Below, piece after piece: positions 24,459-32,968 of a stretch of DNA of 64,000 bases (position 1 is the stretch's first letter; the number at the start of each line of letters is the position of its first letter). Under the pieces are notes generated by a model. The model searched no databases and was not told where the DNA came from. It saw only the letters and a list, made by a program, of their open reading frames with translations. The stretch is from the NCBI GenBank assembly GCA_963750165.1, contig CAVVPN010000012.1, positions 320,001-384,000 on the forward strand. The letters are read 5' to 3'. Source of the DNA: an uncultured Gemmataceae bacterium. GTDB taxonomy: Bacteria > Planctomycetota > Planctomycetia > Gemmatales > Gemmataceae. The position numbers were made by a program, and so were the translations under genes.

Positions 24459-25769
24459 TCACGGATACAATCCGCGCCGCCGTTTCTCGTTGGCGATCTT
24501 CTGCACGCCCAGCACCAGCGCCGCCGTGCGCATCCGCAGTTTGCGGCTCAGCGCCAGCGAGCGCACCTGGTGGAAGGCGTTCAACATCAAGTCCTCCAGT
24601 TTGCGGTTGACCTGCTGCTGGCTCCACATCAGCTGCTGGATGTCTTGCACCCACTCGAAGTACGACACCGTGACGCCGCCGGCGTTGCACAGCACGTCCG
24701 GGATGATGAAGATGTCGCTGCCGTCGAGAATCTTGTCCGCATCCGGCGTGGTCGGACCGTTGGCGCCCTCAGCGAGGATGCGGCAGCGCAGTTTGCCTGC
24801 GTTCGTCCCGGTGATGACGCGCTCCAGCGCCGCCGGCACCAGAATGGTACACGGCAGTGTCAACAGGTCGTCACTGCTGATCCGCTCCGCGCCGGGGAAG
24901 TCCGGCAGCCGCTTGCCGCCCGCGCAGTGCTTGAGCAGGGCCGGGATGTCGATGCCCCTGGGGTTGTGGATGGAACCGTAGCGGTCGCCGATCCCGATCA
25001 CCTTGACGCCGCGCTGGTGCAGCTCGTCGCAGACCACCGAACCGACGTTGCCGAAGCCCTGCACCACCGCGGTCGCTTCCGGCGACTTCAGGTTCAGCTC
25101 CTGCAGCGCCTGCACGATGCAGTAGGTGACGCCGCGACCGGTGGCCTCCCGGCGGCCGACGCAGCCGCCCAGTTCGACCGGCTTGCCGGTCACGATCTCG
25201 GCACAGGCATAGCCGACGCTCATGGAGTACGTGTCCATGATCCACGCCATCGTCTGCTCATCGGTGCCCAGGTCCGGAGCCATCACGTCCATGCGCGGGC
25301 CGATGACCGGTAGCACCTCCACGGTGAAGCGCCGCGTCAACTGTTCCAGTTCGCGGCGCGATAGCTGGGCGGGGTCGCAAGCGATGCCGCCCTTGGCGCC
25401 GCCGAACGGCAGGTTCATCAGGCCGCACTTCCACGACATCCACATGGCCAGGGCCGTCACCTCGCCCAGATCGACGCTGGGGTGGTAGCGCAGACCGCCC
25501 TTGCTCGGCCCGCTGGTCAGGCTGTGCTGCACGCGGAAGCCGATGAAACTCTGCGTGTGGCCGTTGTCCATCTCGATGGGGACACTGACGACAATGGCCC
25601 GCTTGGGCTTGCTCAGGCGCTCGTACAGGCCCTGTTCCAGCTCGATGACCTCGGCGACCGATTCGAGCTGCCGGAGGGCCATTTGAAAGGTGGGGGCGTT
25701 ATCGAAGACCGGGATGGGCGAGACCACGCGGTCGTTGCTGCCGTGGAGAGCGACGGCGGGGCTGGACAT
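24459..25769 (-). CDS. gdhA: Glu/Leu/Phe/Val dehydrogenase (glutamate dehydrogenase type)
   Basis: KGGLRYHP, GGAKGG, APD, ATGRG, QGFGNVG, EGANGP, NAGGVTVSYFEW. Confidence 0.93.
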   Translation of the reverse strand: MSSPAVALHGSNDRVVSPIPVFDNAPTFQMALRQLESVAEVIELEQGLYERLSKPKRAIVVSVPIEMDNGHTQSFIGFRVQHSLTSGPSKGGLRYHPSVDLGEVTALAMWMSWKCGLMNLPFGGAKGGIACDPAQLSRRELEQLTRRFTVEVLPVIGPRMDVMAPDLGTDEQTMAWIMDTYSMSVGYACAEIVTGKPVELGGCVGRREATGRGVTYCIVQALQELNLKSPEATAVVQGFGNVGSVVCDELHQRGVKVIGIGDRYGSIHNPRGIDIPALLKHCAGGKRLPDFPGAERISSDDLLTLPCTILVPAALERVITGTNAGKLRCRILAEGANGPTTPDADKILDGSDIFIIPDVLCNAGGVTVSYFEWVQDIQQLMWSQQQVNRKLEDLMLNAFHQVRSLALSRKLRMRTAALVLGVQKIANEKRRRGLYP

Positions 25770-25891
25770 GCGGACCTCCTTTACGGGGTTGTCTTCGCTA
25801 CGATGACGGAGCCGGCGTCCACGCCGGTAGGGTCATCATTAGGTATTGTGATACCGCCCGGCCACGGGCCGGCGGGCGGAGGGCTGCGGTT

Positions 25892-26722
25892 GTGGCTACT
25901 CTCATTCTAGGGTGCGGTTACCTGGGCCGGCGGGCGGCGGTGCGCTGGCGGGAACTGGGTCAGCACGTGTTCGCCACGACCCGCAGCGTCGCCCACGCGG
26001 AGGAGCTGCGGCAGCTGGGGGTGGAGCCGATCATCGCGGACGTGCTGGACCCCGGCAGCTCAGGGCAATTCCCCGGGTTTATGGTGGACGTGGTGCTGTA
26101 TGCGGTGGGCTTCGACCGGGGTGCCTTTGGGAGCATGCGTGCGGTACACATCCAGGGCCTGGCAAACATGCTGGACCGCCTGTCGTGGGGGCGGTTCCTG
26201 TACGTCAGTAGCACGGGCGTCTATGGCCAGACGGGCGGCGAGGACGTGGAAGAGATCGCAGCGACGGAGCCGCTGGAGGAGTCTGGGAAGGTCGTGCTGG
26301 AGGCGGAGCAGTTGCTCATGCGACGGCGGCCGGACGCGGTGCGGCTGCGCTTCGCGGGCATGTACGGGCCGGGACGGCTGCTGCGGCGACAGGCGTTGCT
26401 GGCGGGCGAGCCCATCGCAGCCGACCCGGAGAAGTGGCTGAACCTGATCCATATCGACGACGGCGTGACGGCAGTGCTGGCGGCGGCGGAGCGAGCGCGG
26501 CCGGGGGAAGTTTACAACGTCGCGGACGACCGGCCGGCACGGCGGCATGAGTTTTACACGCGGTTGGCGGAGTTGCTGGGGGCGCCGCCGCCGCGCTTCG
26601 TGGCGCCGACGCCCGGGATGGAAGCCGCCAACCGCCGGGTCGTCAACCGACGGATGCGGCGGGAGTTGGGCGTGGAGTTACGGTATCCGAGTTTTGTGGA
26701 AGGGCTGCCGGCGGCGGTGTGA
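25892..26722 (+). CDS. NAD-dependent epimerase/atypical SDR
   Basis: ILGCGYLG, YVSSTGVYG, LRFAGMYGPGR, NLIHIDD. Confidence 0.9.
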   Translation: MATLILGCGYLGRRAAVRWRELGQHVFATTRSVAHAEELRQLGVEPIIADVLDPGSSGQFPGFMVDVVLYAVGFDRGAFGSMRAVHIQGLANMLDRLSWGRFLYVSSTGVYGQTGGEDVEEIAATEPLEESGKVVLEAEQLLMRRRPDAVRLRFAGMYGPGRLLRRQALLAGEPIAADPEKWLNLIHIDDGVTAVLAAAERARPGEVYNVADDRPARRHEFYTRLAELLGAPPPRFVAPTPGMEAANRRVVNRRMRRELGVELRYPSFVEGLPAAV

Positions 26723-26865
26723 GCTTCCGGGACCGACGAGCGGGGGCGTCACCGCCTGTTAGCGGCAGGAACCGAGCCACCTGGTTCGGAACCGCCAGAA
26801 TACCATCGGGGTCGGTCTGTCGCTGGCACGGCACCAGTTGTGCGAAAGTTCAGAGAACCCAAGCC

Positions 26866-26955
26866 AGCGAACAACCCAGTTCACGTGCGGGCCAAGTAAC
26901 CTGGGCGCGTCCGATTGACCTCAGATGGCCCGTCACGTGCAACGGCTGGTTCGGG
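26866..26955 (-). mobile_element. attC site 4
   Basis: CCCGAAC-CAGCC-GTTGCACG...CGTGAAC-TGGGTT-GTTCGCT with inner stem. Confidence 0.8.
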
Positions 26956-26963
26956 CCGGTATT

Positions 26964-27134
26964 TCAAAACGACTCCCGACCCTTTTTCTTATTTTCCATA
27001 GGCCCACCCGCCACACTGTTTCGTTTCGCTGACCGCTCACCGTTACCCTTGTTCCCATCATGGCGAGAGTTCGCGCAGGATGCCAAGCACCCAACCAAGA
27101 CTACACCAATTAAGCCTCCCACCAGACTCCGCAT
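26964..27134 (-). CDS. cassette ORF, 56 aa, lipoprotein-like signal (possibly truncated)
   Basis: MRSLVGGLIGVVLVGCLASC; starts 16 nt after attC3, stops 8 nt before attC4. Confidence 0.5.
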   Translation of the reverse strand: MRSLVGGLIGVVLVGCLASCANSRHDGNKGNGERSAKRNSVAGGPMENKKKGRESF

Positions 27135-27150
27135 AGTTGAAATCCGTTTG

Positions 27151-27245
27151 TCCGAACGCCAAAGCTCAGCCGCGGCGGCCCCACCGAGCTGACACTTGTG
27201 CAAGCCAAAAAAGAGGCCGCCGTCGGCTGCAGCAGTTGGTTCGGC
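27151..27245 (-). mobile_element. attC site 3
   Basis: GCCGAAC-CAACT-GCTGCAGC...GCTGAGC-TTTGGC-GTTCGGA. Confidence 0.87.
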
Positions 27246-27380
27246 ACGCCGCCGAGGCTTGCCGCTGTGCCAGATCAAACGGTTCCTGACACCTTTAACG
27301 GCATCCTTTAACGGCATGGATGCCGCCCGGCTTGGCTGGACCGGGTCGGAGTGCCGACCCTGCCGCGCAGCCGTCGCCCG

Positions 27381-27791
27381 TCAGTCTGCCTTGGGGACTT
27401 GAAGCCCCATCTGACGCCACCGGGCTGCCATTTCGCTGGCAGCCTTTCGTTTTTGCTCTTGAGTGCCAGGCGTCGATTCTTCGGGATATTCGGCCCAGTA
27501 GAGCACGTCCCGGTAGTCCTGATTCGCCGCGTCAATCATGGCCTCCAGATCGGCCAGTTTACCCCCGGAAAGAGCTAAAACAGCTCGATGCACGCGGGGC
27601 GTCTCAGGCCCACGGTATTGCCGGAGCGCGGCTAACGCGGCAGTGCAATCCGCTTCGGAGAACCCGACTGCAACGGCACGCCGCGCACCCGGCGCAATTC
27701 TGACAGGCTTGGCGTTCAGTTGCGCGACGGCTTGGGCCAAGACCCAAGGGTTCACCTGGATGCTCACCGGCTTCTTTTCTTTCTTGGACAC
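27381..27791 (-). CDS. cassette ORF, 136 aa hypothetical
   Basis: GAGG RBS plus GTG right after attC2; RV..AVL.LS.G....L......A..DYRDVLYWAEYP motif. Confidence 0.8.
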   Translation of the reverse strand: MSKKEKKPVSIQVNPWVLAQAVAQLNAKPVRIAPGARRAVAVGFSEADCTAALAALRQYRGPETPRVHRAVLALSGGKLADLEAMIDAANQDYRDVLYWAEYPEESTPGTQEQKRKAASEMAARWRQMGLQVPKAD

Positions 27792-27803
27792 GTTGCAAAC
27801 CTC

Positions 27804-27898
27804 GCCGAACGCAGAGTTCACGAACCGGGCGCGCTGGGCCGACTCACCGTCAGAGGGACCGGGAGGCGCGCCCGGTTTCGTGCAACGGCGGGTTCGGC
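27804..27898 (-). mobile_element. attC site 2
   Basis: GCCGAAC-CCGCC-GTTGCACG...CGTGAAC-TCTGC-GTTCGGC. Confidence 0.85.
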
Positions 27899-28181
27899 TT
27901 GGCGGACCAGTTGCGCTGAACTCTGCGTTCCAAGTGCCGGCCGGTTGCCTCGGGATAGATCGCGTGGGCTGGTGGCAACCAGGGAACCAGACCCCACCGC
28001 AGCGAGCGGGAACGCATGGCCTCGCCGTAGCAACGGATCGGAGGCTTCCCGCCGCTCCTGGACTGCACGCCACGCCTGGTGGGCCAAGGCGGTTCGCGGT
28101 TCCGACGAGACACGCGTCTTAAGCCACGCGGCTCCGAATCGCTTAAACCTATGGTGCTACACCACTTATGACGCCAGCCAA

Positions 28182-28278
28182 GCCGAACGACCCAGCTCAG
28201 CCGCGACGGCCGCCCAGGGGACGGTGAAGCACGCGAAGCCGGAAAGCGGCCGTCGTCGGCTGCAGCGCCTGGTTCGGC
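28182..28278 (-). mobile_element. attC site 1
   Basis: GCCGAAC-CAGGC-GCTGCAGC...GCTGAGC-TGGGTC-GTTCGGC. Confidence 0.88.
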
Positions 28279-28279
28279 G

Positions 28280-28549
28280 CTACGACCACAACTCCAGCAC
28301 CAACTTGAGGAGCCCGAGCGAAATCACGGCGGCGTAGGTTCCGACGAGAAGCGCGATCAAGCCGCCGCCCGTGACTGCGGCCGCCCCGCGGAGCCGAAGC
28401 ACAGAGCCCGGATACCAGGTGCGCAGCCCTCCGAGGTCGAGGTCGCGCCGCCAAGCGCCGCGCGCCGCGGCCAGCACGAGCGCGGTGCTGGCCACCGCGA
28501 AGCCGAGGAGTAGGGCGGCCAGCGCCCATACCAGCCACTGCGTAGTCAT
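28280..28549 (-). CDS. cassette ORF, small membrane protein (~89 aa, 2 TM)
   Basis: AGGAGG RBS 8 nt before ATG; stop 1 nt before attC1. Confidence 0.7.
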   Translation of the reverse strand: MTTQWLVWALAALLLGFAVASTALVLAAARGAWRRDLDLGGLRTWYPGSVLRLRGAAAVTGGGLIALLVGTYAAVISLGLLKLVLELWS

Positions 28550-28566
28550 AAACACACCCTCCTGTA

Positions 28567-28600
28567 GCCGAACATGTGATTATCTGGCGCAGCCAGCGCT
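28567..28600 (-). mobile_element. attI-like site heading the cassette array
   Basis: GCCAGATAATCACAT-GTTCGGC core with no upstream attC stem, AT-richer non-coding region upstream. Confidence 0.5.
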
Positions 28601-28880
28601 CGATAGCGCGATAATAACAGACATCGTTAGCGTCACGGCCAACGAATCCGCCAAAACTAACCCGACAATCCGGCAATATCGCGCCCCAGCGCAAGATAAC
28701 GCCGTAAGCACAAACGTTTTCAACGCGGGCAACTGTTGCGCCTGGCCCGGGGCGGACGCCGGACATTGGGGCCAGAAACACAAAGTAACCGCCTCGAAAT
28801 GGGTCGTCAAGGAAAAATCCTGGATGAGAAAAGTTAAAGTTAGAAGCGGCGCGAAACGTACACGGGGCGCTCGCGGCGCT

Positions 28881-30081
28881 TCAATAGTCGCGCACCGAGC
28901 CGTCCGCGTAGCGCGGCAGCGGCCAGCGGAAGCGCCGCTTCGGATCCTTCGCGACCTTCTCCATTGCCTTCTCGTCCATCTCCACGCCCAGACCCGGCCC
29001 CTCCGGCAGCGACGCATTGCCATTCTTGTCCTGCGTCCAGTTTTTGCGAGCCACGCCCGCCGGCATGATGTGGCCGTCCAGGTAGCCCTCGTGGATCAGG
29101 AACAACGGCGTCGCCGCGGTCGCGTGCAGGCTGGCGGTCAGGCCCAGTTCCGAGCAGGTGTTGTGCGGCGCCAGCGGCACATGGTACGCCTCGCACAGCG
29201 CCGCGATCTTGCGCATCTGCGTGATGCCGCCGGTGTGGCCGCAGTCCGGCTGCAAAATGTCGATGCAGCGGTTTTGCAGGTACGCGATCACGTCCCAGAT
29301 GGTGCGGTCGCGCTCGCCGGTGGCGATCGGAATGCGGATGTGCTCCTTCAACCGCTTGAACACCTCGATGTTGCCCGGCACCGCCGGCTCCTCCAGGAAC
29401 AGAATGTCGTAGGGCTGAATCGCCGCCGCGAACTGCAGCAGCATCGGCGGCGGGATGGCGCAGTGGGCGTCGAACATGATGGTGCCCTCCGCCCCCAGCC
29501 GCTTGCGCGCGTCCTGCACGTTCTTGACCAGGCGGTTGATCTCGTCGGGGTTGGCCGAGAACGGGTGCGGCCCACCGGTGCCGAGCTTGGTCGCGGTCTT
29601 GCTCGGATACATGCGGATGCGGTCGCGCACCGGGCCGCCCAGCAGCCGATAGACCGGCACACCCCACAGCTTGCCAGTGATGTCCCACAGAGCCATGTCG
29701 ATGGCCGAGAGCGTGTGGACCATGAACGGCCCGCCGCGCATGTCGCGGTGCGAGCGGTACAGCTTCTGCCACAGGTGCTCGATGCGCGTCGGGTTCTCGC
29801 CGTCGAGCAGTTCGAACAGCGACTCCGCCAGGGCGCAGGCGACGCGCGGCTCCAGCCCCGTCACCTCGCCCCAGCCAACAACGTTCTGATTCGTCTCGAT
29901 CTTGACGAACGCTTTCGGGCCGACCGGCGTCGTGCGCAGGCCGCGGATGCGGATGGTCGCGCCGCGGTCCTCGACCTGGGCAGCGTGGGCGGTGCTGGAC
30001 GCCAGCAACACGCCGCCCGCCACCGCCGCCGCCGCGCCCGCCGCCAGCGCCGCGCCGGTCGGGCTGTTTCGCCTCGCTCAT
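28881..30081 (-). CDS. mandelate racemase/muconate lactonizing family enolase (galactonate dehydratase-like); frameshift near 30050 in the signal region
   Basis: GWGE, SAIDMALWDI.GK, FDAH, FLEEP, IATGER, ILQPD, APHN; RR-containing Tat-like N-terminus. Confidence 0.9.
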
Positions 30082-30251
30082 GGGTGCCTCCGTTGAGAAT
30101 GAACCGGGGTCAGGGCGATTTTACCGAGATCAACACAATCCGACAGAGGGCCAAAACGAGCCCTGGCCCGATTCAACCGCCGCTCTACATTGAGCCGTAT
30201 CGGCTCCGCAAGTCGCCGAAGCCCTCCGGCAACGCATTCCGAGGCCCGGTC

Positions 30252-31805
30252 GTGCGCGCGTTCCTTTGGCGGTATCGGTTCGAGTGGCTGGCCGGCGTCC
30301 TGCTGGCCGGCGGCACGTTGCTGGCCTTCGCCCGGGTGCTGGACTGCGATTTTGTCAACTTCGACGACACGGCGTTCGTCCTGCGCAACATGGACGTGCA
30401 GGCGGGCCTGTCCGACGACGGCATTTTCTTTGCGTTCACCGACTCGAAAGTGTCCGGCTTCTGGCACCCGCTGTCGTGGATGTCGTTGCAGCTGGATCAC
30501 GACCTGTTCGGCCTGCAACCGTGGGGCTACCACCTGACGAACCTGCTGCTGCACGTCGCCAACACGCTGCTGCTGTTCGCGGCGCTGCGGTGGATGACCG
30601 GCGCTGTCTGGCGCAGCGCCGCGGTAGCGGCGCTGTTCGCGCTGCACCCGCTGCATGTCGAGCCGGTCGCCTGGGTGGCCAGCCGCAAGGATGTGCTCAG
30701 TACCTGCTTCTGGATGTTGACCACACTCTGCTATCTGTGGTTCGTGCAAAGACCCAGGTTCGAGCGTTATTTCCTGATGATGCTGCTGTTCGCCCTGGGT
30801 CTGCTGTCCAAGCCGATGCTGGTGACGCTGCCCTGCACGCTGCTGCTGCTCGACTGGTGGCCGCTGCGCCGTTTGCCGACCGTATCCTGGCGGCGGCTGC
30901 TGCTCGAAAAGTTGCCGCTGTTCGCGCTGGCTGCGGCATCGTCGGCCGCCAGCGTGTTCTTCATGACCGGCCGCGGCAGCCTGCGCGGCCTGGAGGGCTA
31001 CCCCCTGGGGCCGCGGCTGTCGAACGTCGTGGTCAGTTACGCGGTCTACCTCCGCCGGGTGCTCTGGCCGAACGATCTGACCGTCTTCTATCCGCTGCCG
31101 CTCGAGGGCCGACCGCCGGGCCAGGTTCTGGCCGCCGTCGCGGTGCTGCTGCTGGTGTCAGCGCTGTGTGTGTGGCAGGCCCGACGCCGGCCGTACCTGC
31201 TGATGGGCTGGCTGTGGTATCTGGGCACCCTGGTTCCGGCCATCGGCCTGTTCCAGGTGGCCAACCACACGTTGGCCGACCGCTATACCTATGTGCCGCT
31301 CATCGGCATCTTCTGGGCGGCGGTCTGGTTCGCCGCCGATGTGGTGCCCGCGCGGCTGCGCCGGCCCGTGCTGGTGCCCGCCACGCTGGCCGTGCTACTG
31401 CTGTGCGGCTGGGCCTCGTGGCGGCAACTGGCCGTCTGGCACGACAGCGTCGCCCTGTGGGAGAACGCCCTGGCGTACACGGAGAACAATTACCTCGCTC
31501 ACTACAGTCTGGCGCTGGAGCTGGAGGGAGCCGGACAGCTTGACGACGCCCGGACCCAGCACCTCGCGGCGGTGCGGATGCGGGACTGGGACGCCCGGGC
31601 CCATGTAAAACTCGCCCAGGCGTACGGGCGTCTGGGCCAGCCGCGCGCGGCGCTGGCCAGCTACCGCAGGGCGGTGGAGCTGGCGCCGCAGAACGTGGAC
31701 TTTCGTTTCTACCTGGCGCAGGCGTATCGCCGGCTGGGAGACACCGCGGCCGCCGAACGGGAGACGCAGGAAGGTGAACGGCTGTACTGGTGGACCAAAC
31801 GCTGA
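30252..31805 (+). CDS. TMTC-like GT-C membrane glycosyltransferase with C-terminal TPRs
   Basis: FVNFDD, WHPLSW, YHLTNLLLH, FALHP.HVE.VAW...RKD, LLSKP, ADRYTY; TPR tail. Confidence 0.85.
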   Translation: MRAFLWRYRFEWLAGVLLAGGTLLAFARVLDCDFVNFDDTAFVLRNMDVQAGLSDDGIFFAFTDSKVSGFWHPLSWMSLQLDHDLFGLQPWGYHLTNLLLHVANTLLLFAALRWMTGAVWRSAAVAALFALHPLHVEPVAWVASRKDVLSTCFWMLTTLCYLWFVQRPRFERYFLMMLLFALGLLSKPMLVTLPCTLLLLDWWPLRRLPTVSWRRLLLEKLPLFALAAASSAASVFFMTGRGSLRGLEGYPLGPRLSNVVVSYAVYLRRVLWPNDLTVFYPLPLEGRPPGQVLAAVAVLLLVSALCVWQARRRPYLLMGWLWYLGTLVPAIGLFQVANHTLADRYTYVPLIGIFWAAVWFAADVVPARLRRPVLVPATLAVLLLCGWASWRQLAVWHDSVALWENALAYTENNYLAHYSLALELEGAGQLDDARTQHLAAVRMRDWDARAHVKLAQAYGRLGQPRAALASYRRAVELAPQNVDFRFYLAQAYRRLGDTAAAERETQEGERLYWWTKR

Positions 31806-32003
31806 GCGCGGGCGCTTCCCTTTGTGAAAAAGAGTGGTTGAGCGTGCAGGCTTATCATGAAGAGATGCCGCAAATGAGAAAGATCGATGAATAATCCCGT
31901 TTTCTCATCCTCACCGGACGCGAATCAGGTAATCTGAGGCTTATATAAGATGCTCCTTACCGGGAGGCGGTGCCCCAAATCGGTTCATTGGGAAGGAAGG
32001 CTC

Positions 32004-32885
32004 ATGAAGTGCTTGAAAGGTCTGCCACAAGCTCGCGGCGCCGTCGCAGCCGTTGTGCTGTTGTTGCTGGGAAGCGTGGCGCACGCCGGACAGATCACCA
32101 TTAGCGTCTTTGCCTCGGCGGGGCCCAACCAATTCGGCTCGTCGAGCATCGACGGCTATACCGCCAATGCCATCGCTGGCCTTGAGGGGCAGAGCGGATC
32201 GACCCCTCCTCCGTCGCAAGGCACTCCCGGTACGACAACTTATTACAGCACGACCAACTCGATCTCGTACAATCAGATGATCGCCACCGCCTACGACTCC
32301 TGGATGGGGCAGACTCCCGGGCCGTTCACCGGCGAAAACGGCAACCGCCTGTATTTCGGCATTGTCATTCACGCGGACCAGTCGATGGGCCCCAACACGT
32401 TCAGCCTGGCGCAGCTCAACTTCTCAATTAGCAGCACGGTAGGTGGTGGCATGGATCTGGGCAACCCCCTCCCCAACGGCGATCCCCCTGGCTCCTTTGA
32501 TTCGTCGTACGATTACTCGGATTTCAACGGCCGCATCGTCGGCTACAACAGTATCACCAACACGTACATTACGTCCGGATCAGCCGATCAGGCGATCACC
32601 GATCTTTTCTACGTCGGTGTCAGCACTGCCTTTGCGCCGGACGACACTGAGTCCATCGCGACGTTCCTGCAGAACAACCCGGCGGCCCTCGACCCCTTTA
32701 CCATCACCGGCAGTTACTGGCTCACCAACGGAGACGGCGGGACGGGGGGTGATCTGACCGCCCATGTGTCGGACACCGTGTCGGTCAACAGCGTGCCGGA
32801 GCCGACCAGCTGCGTGCTGATCAGCGTTGGTCTGACCTGCCTGGGGGCGTACCGCCTCCGCCGCCGCCGCCAGGCCGCCGCCTGA
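32004..32885 (+). CDS. PEP-CTERM sorting domain protein
   Basis: signal peptide; S/T/G/N/D-rich body; VPEPTS, TM helix, RRRR. Confidence 0.92.
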   Translation: MKCLKGLPQARGAVAAVVLLLLGSVAHAGQITISVFASAGPNQFGSSSIDGYTANAIAGLEGQSGSTPPPSQGTPGTTTYYSTTNSISYNQMIATAYDSWMGQTPGPFTGENGNRLYFGIVIHADQSMGPNTFSLAQLNFSISSTVGGGMDLGNPLPNGDPPGSFDSSYDYSDFNGRIVGYNSITNTYITSGSADQAITDLFYVGVSTAFAPDDTESIATFLQNNPAALDPFTITGSYWLTNGDGGTGGDLTAHVSDTVSVNSVPEPTSCVLISVGLTCLGAYRLRRRRQAAA

Positions 32886-32915
32886 CCGCCTCCGCTTTGA
32901 CCCGCCGAGTCACGC

Positions 32916-32968
32916 TGACCCCGTTTACGTTTCGCGGTTCCTCCCCGCGCGAAACGTAAACGGGGTCA
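32916..32968. repeat. palindrome between convergent genes; half copies near 28850 and 58690
   Basis: TGACCCCGTTTACGTTTCGCG...CGCGAAACGTAAACGGGGTCA. Confidence 0.75.

Noticed and set aside
28371..30251. N-terminal half of the 1144-aa ORF as part of the glycosyltransferase
   Set aside because: It is antisense to the enolase-family gene and cassette 1; family similarity begins only near 30252.
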